This document shows, piece after piece, positions 1 to 6,642 of a stretch of 62,934 nt of DNA. Each line of letters starts with the position of its first letter. Within the stretch, counting starts at the first letter, position 1. The notes beneath the pieces are model-generated. The model made no database searches. It was not told where the DNA came from and worked only from the letters and a program-made list of their open reading frames with translations. This DNA comes from a virus (Duplodnaviria > Caudoviricetes), in the IMG/VR virus record IMGVR_UViG_3300029309_000024, positions 1 to 62,934 of that record, one strand, 5' to 3'. A program made the translations under genes and the position numbers.

Positions 1-154
1 ATATTTCGTTTAGGTCTTTTTTAGTTATATAGTCTTCTACTTGTTCCATAAGTTCAATTGACTCATTTTTACTATTGGTCATATCCATTAATCTGGACAT
101 GATTACACTCATAGGATTATAATCATATAACCTATAAAAGTATTCTAATTCTCC
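1..154. repeat. Terminal overlap, left copy (circular assembly)
   Basis: Matches 62781-62934. Positions 78-154 are identical (77 nt) and the first 77 nt carry a few substitutions. Confidence 0.95.
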
Positions 155-175
155 TTTTGTTAATTTTCTAGTCAT
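1..175 (-). CDS. Small early hypothetical protein (~58 aa), stop codon spans the contig join
   Basis: Translated by hand: MTRKLTKGELEYFYRLYDYNPMSVIMSRL...; AATAACTATG start context. Confidence 0.6.
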   Translation of the reverse strand, partial: MTRKLTKGELEYFYRLYDYNPMSVIMSRLMDMTNSKNESIELMEQVEDYITKKDLNEI

Positions 176-186
176 AGTTATTTATT

Positions 187-351
187 TTATTCTAAGTTTA
201 ACATTTCATCTAAAGTTCTTACTATTTGGTTTCTTAAATAGTTTCTTTGGTTATGGTTTAAACATTTGAATGTATCAACATCCAAGTTTGAAGTTGTTAT
301 TGATTCAACAACTTGTTGTAATTTATCTATTTGGTTAAAGTTTATATACAT
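187..351 (-). CDS. Small early hypothetical protein (54 aa)
   Basis: MYINFNQIDKLQQVVES...; AATAACTATG start, just downstream of promoter motif 377-406. Confidence 0.6.
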   Translation of the reverse strand: MYINFNQIDKLQQVVESITTSNLDVDTFKCLNHNQRNYLRNQIVRTLDEMLNLE

Positions 352-376
352 AGTTATTTATTTTTAGTTTCATTAT

Positions 377-406
377 TATTATCCAAGTTTAATCGTTTTT
401 GTTACG
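377..406 (-). promoter_or_regulatory. Early promoter-like motif copy 1 (TACGA box variant AACGA)
   Basis: Plus strand TATTATC-N9-TCGTT-N6-ACG, same spacing as the other 10 copies. Confidence 0.7.
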
Positions 407-628
407 TATGATTTTGAAATGAAATTCATCAAAGTAGTCTTTGAAATCTTCCCCAGTATTATAATATTCCTCATACCATTTTTTGAGTTGGTTGTAAGTC
501 CCTTCAAATTCGACAACATCAGTATTTGTCATTTCATAATAGTCTGTAATTTTCAAACCAAAATTGTTAAATGTTATTAATATAGTGGAAATATCCATTA
601 TATCAAAAGTTATTTTAAATGTATCCAT
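389..628 (-). CDS. Acidic early hypothetical protein
   Basis: 79-aa ORF co-oriented with its neighbours. Confidence 0.6.
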   Translation of the reverse strand: MDTFKITFDIMDISTILITFNNFGLKITDYYEMTNTDVVEFEGTYNQLKKWYEEYYNTGEDFKDYFDEFHFKIIRNKND

Positions 629-707
629 AAAAGTATGTTTTTTATTTGTTAGTTATTTTAATTGTACAGGTATAGACCAAGGTCTAAAAGTACCTTTTAT
701 AAAAAAG

Positions 708-753
708 ATGACATTAGGTTATATAATATATATAAGTAATAATCTATTGTCAT
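708..753. repeat. 46-bp imperfect palindrome (GACAnTAG...CTAnTGTC dyad), copy 1
   Basis: atgacattaggttatataatatatataagtaataatctattgtcat; related copy at 3202-3246. Confidence 0.7.
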
Positions 754-767
754 ACTTTTTACATTAA

Positions 768-797
768 TATTATCCTTGTTCAATCGTATTTTCTACG
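768..797 (-). promoter_or_regulatory. Early promoter-like motif copy 2
   Basis: Plus strand TATTATC-N9-TCGTA-N6-ACG. Confidence 0.75.
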
Positions 798-835
798 TAT
801 CTTTTTATTCCGAGCGAAGCGAGGGGGCCTAACTA

Positions 836-865
836 TATTATCAGTAGTGATTCGTATTTCCTACG
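836..865 (-). promoter_or_regulatory. Early promoter-like motif copy 3
   Basis: Plus strand TATTATC-N9-TCGTA-N6-ACG. Confidence 0.75.
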
Positions 866-990
866 TTTTGCTATACATGCTATACATATATACTATACAC
901 GAAAGCCCATTCCCCCGTGACTACATCCCGCAATGCAGGACTGTTTCTGGGGTACTACGGGTTATCTTCCGCGAACTTAAAAACTAACTA

Positions 991-1545
991 TTATCCTTTA
1001 ATAGCTTCAACATATTTAGCTTTGGACCACCTGTATTTCTCAGGGACATTTATTCCACATGCCTCAAGGTATTCCCAGTTAAGCACGAAGCCATCAGTTT
1101 TTGTATTTGTTTCTTCAGTGAATATCTTTACATATTCATTTTTATAACCTACGTTTTTCGCAAGCATATCTGATATACTAGATTTGTAACCTATTATATC
1201 GTAGTTGGATTTATTAAATCCTATTAATACACCCTTCTTAATATCTTTAGCAAAGTTAGTTTTAGATTTAACTTCCTCTAAAGCAAGGGTCATATTGGTA
1301 TGCCAGTCCCAATCTGGGTCCCACGTAGATTCTTTATCTATTGTATTCCATATATTTTCAATACTTTTCCCGTCATAGTTTATGACTTGTAGTTCACCTC
1401 CGTAGGAGTCATCCCAACAGTTACATATCTTTTTGTTATCAAAGTATACATCCCATTCTTGAGAAGGTCCATCGTGTCCACGCATTGTTTTAATGTTTTT
1501 TGCAGTAGCGCGGTTGTAAAATTCATTTAATGTTATTTTATTCAT
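991..1545 (-). CDS. Early hypothetical protein (184 aa)
   Basis: Long ORF, AATAACTATG start, downstream of motif 1584-1613. Confidence 0.8.
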   Translation of the reverse strand: MNKITLNEFYNRATAKNIKTMRGHDGPSQEWDVYFDNKKICNCWDDSYGGELQVINYDGKSIENIWNTIDKESTWDPDWDWHTNMTLALEEVKSKTNFAKDIKKGVLIGFNKSNYDIIGYKSSISDMLAKNVGYKNEYVKIFTEETNTKTDGFVLNWEYLEACGINVPEKYRWSKAKYVEAIKG

Positions 1546-1583
1546 AGTTATTGTTTTTAGTTATTATTATTATTATTCGTATA

Positions 1584-1619
1584 TATTATCCGAGTACCCT
1601 CGTAGTTTTGACGTATAGC
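1584..1619 (-). promoter_or_regulatory. Early promoter-like motif copy 4 with GCTATA extension
   Basis: TATTATC-N9-TCGTA-N6-ACG-TATAGC. Confidence 0.8.
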
Positions 1620-1626
1620 AAAAATG

Positions 1627-1773
1627 TTATTTGTTCATTGCCGCTGTCAAAAGTAATTCAAAGTTGTGGTCAAGTATTTCATCAACCGCTTGTCTGAAGT
1701 CATCAGAGCTGATCGAGCCATCTCTGTACGCGTCTGCGTGGAATTGTATTTCATTTAATATTTCAGTTCTCAT
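1627..1773 (-). CDS. Small early hypothetical protein (48 aa)
   Basis: MRTEILNEIQFHADAYRDGSISSDDF...; AATAACTATG start. Confidence 0.6.
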   Translation of the reverse strand: MRTEILNEIQFHADAYRDGSISSDDFRQAVDEILDHNFELLLTAAMNK

Positions 1774-1775
1774 AG

Positions 1776-1901
1776 TTATTTAGTTTTAAGTTCACAATTA
1801 TAAATTTTATCTTCGAGTTCCATTATATATTCCACACCCCATTGTGTGTCTTGATATATAATTTCATATAATTCATCATATCTTTTTTTATTATATTCCA
1901 T
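1776..1901 (-). CDS. Small early hypothetical protein (41 aa)
   Basis: MEYNKKRYDELYEIIYQDTQWG...; AATAACTATG start. Confidence 0.5.
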   Translation of the reverse strand: MEYNKKRYDELYEIIYQDTQWGVEYIMELEDKIYNCELKTK

Positions 1902-1925
1902 AGTTATTTATTTTAAGTTCATATA

Positions 1926-1961
1926 TATTATCAATTTAAGTTCGTAGTTATGGCGTATAGC
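1926..1961 (-). promoter_or_regulatory. Early promoter-like motif copy 5 with GCTATA extension
   Basis: TATTATC-N9-TCGTA-N6-GCG-TATAGC. Confidence 0.8.
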
Positions 1962-1966
1962 AAATT

Positions 1967-2143
1967 TTATTTAAAGTCAATTAGCGTTGGGCATTCGTCT
2001 TGAACCATACCCATTTCCCATACTACTTCCAGATGTTTTCTGTCTAAGTCGTACTTGCTTAGTATTTCATTTATACAATCGTCTTTTGATACACCCTGTG
2101 CCTGGCACTGGTCCATGTATTCTAAAAAGTATTCTATTATCAT
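1967..2143 (-). CDS. Small early hypothetical protein (58 aa)
   Basis: MIIEYFLEYMDQCQAQGVSKDDCINEIL...; AATAACTATG start. Confidence 0.6.
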   Translation of the reverse strand: MIIEYFLEYMDQCQAQGVSKDDCINEILSKYDLDRKHLEVVWEMGMVQDECPTLIDFK

Positions 2144-2149
2144 AGTTAT

Positions 2150-2353
2150 TTATTTATTTGTTACTTTATCGATCCACCATTGTGGTCTTGGTTTGTATGT
2201 TTGTTCATGTAGTTTTTGTAAATCTACGAGGTTGTTAGCTTCGTGCATGAGGTCTTTCTTGTAAAGTTCATGTAACGCCATGACAGACTTGCCAGGGTTT
2301 TCTTTCATTATTTTATAGAATCTGTTAAATTCTTTTTTAGATATTATTTTCAT
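2150..2353 (-). CDS. Early hypothetical protein (67 aa)
   Basis: ORF track; AATAACTATG start downstream of motif 2375-2404. Confidence 0.65.
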   Translation of the reverse strand: MKIISKKEFNRFYKIMKENPGKSVMALHELYKKDLMHEANNLVDLQKLHEQTYKPRPQWWIDKVTNK

Positions 2354-2374
2354 AGTTATTAAGTTTTACATTTA

Positions 2375-2410
2375 TATTATCATTAAGTCATCGTAGTAGT
2401 GACGTATAGC
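2375..2410 (-). promoter_or_regulatory. Early promoter-like motif copy 6 with GCTATA extension
   Basis: TATTATC-N9-TCGTA-N6-ACG-TATAGC. Confidence 0.8.
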
Positions 2411-2412
2411 AT

Positions 2413-2607
2413 TTACGCTTGTCTGAGTCCTTCCCACTTACAGTGCGAGTAATACTCCTTGTTACCGTGATACGTCCACAGCGCGTTTCGGCTGTAACTC
2501 GGTTTCGTACTGGATTTAATCTTATCCGTAGTTCCGAACGTGATACGTTTGTTAGTCCACGTGTTTTGTGTTTTTACTTTCTTTCGTAGTTTTTCTAGTT
2601 TAGTCAT
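2413..2607 (-). CDS. Basic early hypothetical protein (likely start MTKLEK, 64 aa)
   Basis: The track start at 2685 runs through the tRNA-like element; the ATG at 2607 has an A-rich context. Confidence 0.6.
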   Translation of the reverse strand: MTKLEKLRKKVKTQNTWTNKRITFGTTDKIKSSTKPSYSRNALWTYHGNKEYYSHCKWEGLRQA

Positions 2608-2628
2608 AATAATTGTTTTTAAGATTAG

Positions 2629-2675
2629 AACGCGTGGCGGGAGTCGAACCCGCACCTTAGTACCGTAGCACGCGC
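2629..2675 (-). ncRNA. tRNA-like mini-element (acceptor stem plus T-arm, no D or anticodon arm)
   Basis: GCGCGTG-(15 nt)-GCGGG TTCGACT CCCGC-CACGCGT-T-CTA; GC-rich island in AT-rich DNA. Confidence 0.65.
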
Positions 2676-2699
2676 TGTTGTTCATGAACCGAACTTTAA

Positions 2700-2924
2700 T
2701 TAATCAACATAGTCAAAGTCAAATTCTTGTAAATAGTAGTCATTGTTTATTTTGACATAGTTAGGCAAGAATGATGTTGTTTGCCATTTGTTATTTAGTT
2801 TAAGTAAGCTTTGAGTTTTGTTACAAAGTTTAGTTAAGATTTCAAGGTTGATTATCTTTTTGTTATTAGATAAAGTTGAAATTATGTATTGATTTTTTGA
2901 TTTATTATATTTAATTTTTTGCAT
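2700..2924 (-). CDS. Early hypothetical protein (first gene of the early arm)
   Basis: 74-aa ORF downstream of motif 2950-2979. Confidence 0.6.
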   Translation of the reverse strand: MQKIKYNKSKNQYIISTLSNNKKIINLEILTKLCNKTQSLLKLNNKWQTTSFLPNYVKINNDYYLQEFDFDYVD

Positions 2925-2949
2925 AATTATTAATTTTAAAGTTCATATA

Positions 2950-2985
2950 TATTATCTAAATGAAGTCGTATTAAAGACGTATAGC
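2950..2985 (-). promoter_or_regulatory. Early promoter-like motif copy 7 with GCTATA extension
   Basis: TATTATC-N9-TCGTA-N6-ACG-TATAGC. Confidence 0.8.
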
Positions 2986-3170
2986 ATCCGGGATCCGGGA
3001 CCGGGATCACGCAACACGCAAACGCGAAACGAGCACACACCCCCAGGTAGTAGTCACACCGCACAGCTGTACACAGCAAAAGGCAAAAACTCCGGGCAAA
3101 AACACGCAAAACAGGGCCCCGTGGGGCTAAAAAAAAGCATTCCGGTATGCAGCGGTGTCACGTAAAATAT
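2986..3170. other. GC-rich, strand-skewed non-coding segment at the early/late divergence point (candidate packaging/terminus region)
   Basis: CCGGGA x3 tandem, CACGCAA repeats, T-poor plus strand, no ORF. Confidence 0.4.
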
Positions 3171-3201
3171 GTATATAACATTTCAGTTCTATATATCTAA
3201 T

Positions 3202-3246
3202 ACGACATTAGCTTATATAATATATTAAATAGAGTTCTACTGTCAT
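3202..3246. repeat. GACAnTAG...CTAnTGTC dyad, copy 2
   Basis: acgacattagcttatataatatattaaatagagttctactgtcat; shares GACATTAG.TTATATAATATAT and TGTCAT with 708-753. Confidence 0.65.
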
Positions 3247-3266
3247 ATTAAAAAAAAATTTTACGG

Positions 3267-3281
3267 CGTAATTAATATATT
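3267..3281 (+). promoter_or_regulatory. Candidate middle/late promoter (CGTAAT plus AT tract)
   Basis: Similar YGTAATW motifs in intergenic gaps at 18467, 36944 and 56329 (minus strand). Confidence 0.4.
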
Positions 3282-3512
3282 ATGAAACAGAAACTTAGTA
3301 AGAAAGCCTTGCTCGCAAAACGTAAGAGGGATTTAGAGTATGCTCTAACACCTAGAAGACGTAAGATGAAAGCGGAGAACCAAAGAAAAAGAAGAGCCGC
3401 TATAAAAGCAGGAAAGAATATTAAAGGTAAAGATTACGATCACAATACCAGACGTTTCATATCTGTTAAAAGAAACAGATCAAAGACGAAGACTACTAAT
3501 AATACCAAGTAG
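3282..3512 (+). CDS. Small highly basic protein (possible degenerate HNH-like, DYDH...NR motif)
   Basis: K/R-rich 76-aa ORF, first gene of the late arm. Confidence 0.65.
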   Translation: MKQKLSKKALLAKRKRDLEYALTPRRRKMKAENQRKRRAAIKAGKNIKGKDYDHNTRRFISVKRNRSKTKTTNNTK

Positions 3513-3544
3513 ACTTTAATATTAACCATGTAAACATAAATACC

Positions 3545-3856
3545 ATGACATATTTTTATTACAAAACCTCAACTACCAACGACTCCCAGATAGCAGAGGC
3601 TAACAAAAAGCAATGGGAGCACTTCGCTGATAAAAAGAACTGGCGAATAACTCAATTACCAAATGGATATTACCAAGCGGAATGTGCTGATCCTTGCGAT
3701 TGTGCAGAGGGAAAACCTCTTTGCGATTGCAAGTTTAACGGTATAACAAGAAGAGAAACAATCAAATCGTGTGAAGCTGCAATTGATGCATCTATCGAAC
3801 ACTACAAAAAAAGATTAGACTTCTTAAAAGGACCTAAGGTAGTAAAAACATTTTAG
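3545..3856 (+). CDS. Hypothetical protein with Cys-rich insert
   Basis: 103-aa ORF, WRITQLPNGYYQAE motif, CADPCDC...CDC. Confidence 0.75.
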   Translation: MTYFYYKTSTTNDSQIAEANKKQWEHFADKKNWRITQLPNGYYQAECADPCDCAEGKPLCDCKFNGITRRETIKSCEAAIDASIEHYKKRLDFLKGPKVVKTF

Positions 3857-3881
3857 TAACCACTTATAAAAATTAAATTAA

Positions 3882-5444
3882 ATGGAATTCAATAACCCAA
3901 GTGAGATAGTAAAAAACCTTGCATTCGGATCGTCTGCAAGAAACAAAATAATGAAAGGTGTCCAAAAGTTAACGGATGCCGTAGAATCAACTCTAGGTGC
4001 ATCGGGTAAATGTGTTATATACGAAGACGCGTTAGGTAAACCTGTAATCACCAAAGATGGTGTAACTGTAGCAAATTCTGTTGTACTTCTAGATCCCGTA
4101 GAAAATATCGGGGCTACCCTTATAAAAGAAGCAGCTCAGAAAACAGTAAAAGAAGCTGGCGATGGAACCACTACCTCGACCGTCCTAGCTTCATCCATCT
4201 TAAACGAGTGTAATAAGCATAATAAGGTTGATCTAAGATATATCAAAAGCGGTATAGAAAAATCTAAGAATAAAGTATTAGAGTACTTAGACAAGATTAA
4301 AATAGAGGTAACAGATGAAATGTTAACAAGTGTTGCGGCTATATCTGCGAACAATGACGAAGAGCTCGGAGATATAATTGCTGATGCTTACAAAAAAGTC
4401 GGTAAAGATGGTGTTGTATTAATGGAGGAATCTGACGACGAGACCACGTACGTTGAAATCGTAGATGGAGTACAATTCGATTCAGGACTCAAATCACAGC
4501 ACCTCATAACCGACAAAGAAAAGAATAAGGTAGAGCTTGATAATCCTTACGTACTTATAGTTGCTTCAGAAGTGCCTAGCGTAAGAAAGATACAAGCAAT
4601 ACTTGAACACGTTATAAAAGAAAAGAGAAGTTTGTTAATTGTAGCACAGTTAGCTCAGCAACCTTTATCTGCTCTTATAATGAATAAAGTAAAAGGCAAC
4701 ATAAAAGTTAATGTTGTTGATGTGCCCGGGTTTGGCGCGACCAAGCAAGATACGATAGAAGATTTAGCGACAATAACCGGAGCAAAAATTATTTCGGAGG
4801 ATTTAGGAGACGATTTAGATCTTATCCAACCTGATTGCTTAGGTGAAGCAATAAAATCCGTTACAGATGATAATAACACTGTTATTACTATAAAAAAAAT
4901 GCCGCAAGCGGCATTAGATAGAATAGGTGCAGTTAAAAATAAAATCGCGGAAGAAAAGAACGGGTTTATTAAAAAGAAGCTAGAACAACGTCTTGCAATG
5001 CTTTCGGGCGCTGTAGGCGTTTTAAAAGTTGGGGCTAATAGTAAAGTTGAGCTCAAAGAAAAGAAAGATAGAGTTGAAGATGCGATATATGCAACAAAAG
5101 CTGCATTAAGAGACGGTATAGTTCCCGGAGCGGGAATAGCTTTACATAATGCTGCTGATAGTGTTGATACAAAAGTTGTAACAGAAAAAATATTATTAGA
5201 AGCTATAAAGATGCCTTATAAAACTATACTTGCTAATGCTCATATAAACTACGGGCCTAATATGCAAGAAGGGCACGGTGTGAATGTTATAACTGGAAAA
5301 ACTTGTGATTTAGTTAAAGAAGGTATAATTGATCCCGTGTTAGTTACTAAAACAGCATTAATAAATGCAATAAGCGTAGCTACTACAATATTATCAGCTG
5401 ATTGTGTAATTTCAAATGTAAGAATAAATGAAAGCAGTAAATAA
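3882..5444 (+). CDS. groEL: Chaperonin GroEL (phage-encoded)
   Basis: ITKDGVTVA, AGDGTTT, KKDRVEDA, GIVPGAG and GIIDP motifs. Confidence 0.97.
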   Translation: MEFNNPSEIVKNLAFGSSARNKIMKGVQKLTDAVESTLGASGKCVIYEDALGKPVITKDGVTVANSVVLLDPVENIGATLIKEAAQKTVKEAGDGTTTSTVLASSILNECNKHNKVDLRYIKSGIEKSKNKVLEYLDKIKIEVTDEMLTSVAAISANNDEELGDIIADAYKKVGKDGVVLMEESDDETTYVEIVDGVQFDSGLKSQHLITDKEKNKVELDNPYVLIVASEVPSVRKIQAILEHVIKEKRSLLIVAQLAQQPLSALIMNKVKGNIKVNVVDVPGFGATKQDTIEDLATITGAKIISEDLGDDLDLIQPDCLGEAIKSVTDDNNTVITIKKMPQAALDRIGAVKNKIAEEKNGFIKKKLEQRLAMLSGAVGVLKVGANSKVELKEKKDRVEDAIYATKAALRDGIVPGAGIALHNAADSVDTKVVTEKILLEAIKMPYKTILANAHINYGPNMQEGHGVNVITGKTCDLVKEGIIDPVLVTKTALINAISVATTILSADCVISNVRINESSK

Positions 5445-5682
5445 TTACATAATCATAAAAGGTATAAAAGAAGAAAAGAAAACTGATTCTGGGTTTATTA
5501 TGCAAGATGATAAATCAGAATTTAGATATTTGAAAGGGGAGGTTGTAAGTATTGGTGAAAAAACAGAAGCAATAGAATGTGGTAATATTATATATTATGA
5601 CAGACATGCTGGTCACGAAATAATATTTGACAACCAAACATACATCGTAATAAAACAAAACGATGTTGTTATAGTGGAATGA
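5428..5682 (+). CDS. groES: Co-chaperonin GroES
   Basis: 84 aa, KKTDSGFIM mobile loop, GEVVSIG; overlaps the end of groEL. Confidence 0.9.
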   Translation: MKAVNNYIIIKGIKEEKKTDSGFIMQDDKSEFRYLKGEVVSIGEKTEAIECGNIIYYDRHAGHEIIFDNQTYIVIKQNDVVIVE

Positions 5683-6119
5683 GAATAGAAGCAGCAGACC
5701 TACGCGAATTGCAACTTTTTAAATATTATAGGCTGGTTCGTAAATGGGCTTGTAAATCAAATGGTTTAACCGATGCGGACTTAGAATTATTGATATATTT
5801 TGATTGCATTGGAAGATTTACACGTAATGATTACATTAACGGTACTTACATCATGAGTTGGGATAAAGCGCGTTGGGAAAAACTACGAAAAAACGGCTGG
5901 ATAGATGTATGGAGACACCGTAATCGCACTACAATTAAATATTCTATATTCCAAACTTCATTCAAATCAAAAAGACTTATAACAAGAATATATAACATTC
6001 TGCTGGGTAAAGAAGATATACCTGTGTCAGGACAAAATGTATTTTATAAGAACAAAACATATACAGATAAAGTTTTCAATAAAGCTATAGATGATATGTT
6101 AAAAGACCCCGATAGATAA
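5679..6119 (+). CDS. Conserved phage hypothetical protein (possible winged-helix)
   Basis: 146-aa ORF, translationally coupled. Confidence 0.75.
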   Translation: MRIEAADLRELQLFKYYRLVRKWACKSNGLTDADLELLIYFDCIGRFTRNDYINGTYIMSWDKARWEKLRKNGWIDVWRHRNRTTIKYSIFQTSFKSKRLITRIYNILLGKEDIPVSGQNVFYKNKTYTDKVFNKAIDDMLKDPDR

Positions 6120-6141
6120 TAACAAATAAAAATTAGAAATT

Positions 6142-6240
6142 ATGCCAGGAAAAATGAAAAAAGGAGGAGGATTAAAAGTTAAGACTTCTTACAAGAAAAA
6201 AACTAAAGCCAAAAAGAAAGGCAAAAGAATGACTTACTAA
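6142..6240 (+). CDS. Tiny lysine-rich peptide (32 aa)
   Basis: MPGKMKKGGGLKVKTSYKKKTKAKKKGKRMTY; stop overlaps the next ATG. Confidence 0.6.
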   Translation: MPGKMKKGGGLKVKTSYKKKTKAKKKGKRMTY

Positions 6241-6524
6241 TGGCTAGAAAAAACGCCCCATCCAGAAGAAAATCACTTGGATATTATAACAAAGCTAACA
6301 AAACAGGTACCGGTGCCAAAGCAGGTGGAGGTATGTCTAAAAAAGGTGTAGCTAAATATAGACGTGATAATCCTGGAAGTAAATTAAAAACAGCGGTAAC
6401 TACGCCACCGTCTAAATTAAAAAAAGGAAGTAAAGCTTATAAAAGAAGAAAAGCTTTTTGTGCAAGATCAAGAAGCTGGACTTCTGAAAGAGGTAGGGCT
6501 GCAAGGCGTAGATGGAATTGTTAA
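6240..6524 (+). CDS. Small basic protein (DUF6321-like)
   Basis: GGMSKKGVAKYRRDNPGSKL...RRKAFCAR...RRRWNC. Confidence 0.75.
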   Translation: MARKNAPSRRKSLGYYNKANKTGTGAKAGGGMSKKGVAKYRRDNPGSKLKTAVTTPPSKLKKGSKAYKRRKAFCARSRSWTSERGRAARRRWNC

Positions 6525-6525
6525 T

Positions 6526-6642
6526 ATGAAAAAAAAATTATCACCAAAACAAATGAGAATTGCCGCAATGGCAAAACCATTTAACAAAATTACAGGAGCT
6601 GATTTTGTTAAGCTTAGAAACAAGAAAAAAAATAAAAAATAA
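6526..6642 (+). CDS. Tiny basic protein (likely start MKKKLSPKQ)
   Basis: LSPKQMRIAAMAKPFNKITGADF; coupled to the next gene. Confidence 0.6.
   Translation: MKKKLSPKQMRIAAMAKPFNKITGADFVKLRNKKKNKK

Noticed and set aside
1-154. Biological direct terminal repeat
   Set aside because: It falls inside a small gene and the exact-match length of 77 nt equals a common assembler k-mer, so an assembly overlap is more likely.
901-975. Hammerhead ribozyme (GAAAC...GUA on the minus strand)
   Set aside because: No CUGANGA core upstream.
1561-1577. (TTA)n microsatellite
   Set aside because: Short low-complexity run in an AT-rich leader with no evidence of function.
2608-2685. N-terminal extension of ORF 2413-2685
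   Set aside because: It runs through the tRNA-like element; the ATG at 2607 has the typical start context.
377-2985. CRISPR array or integron attC array suggested by regularly recurring motifs between small ORFs
   Set aside because: The conserved boxes are short with variable internal spacers, non-palindromic and irregularly spaced; no cas or integrase gene is present. A promoter explanation fits better.
4136-5056. Antisense ORFs within groEL (and similar shadow ORFs at 9206, 10296, 12845, 20640, 34831, 41187, 56950 and elsewhere)
   Set aside because: They lie opposite well-supported genes and reflect codon bias.
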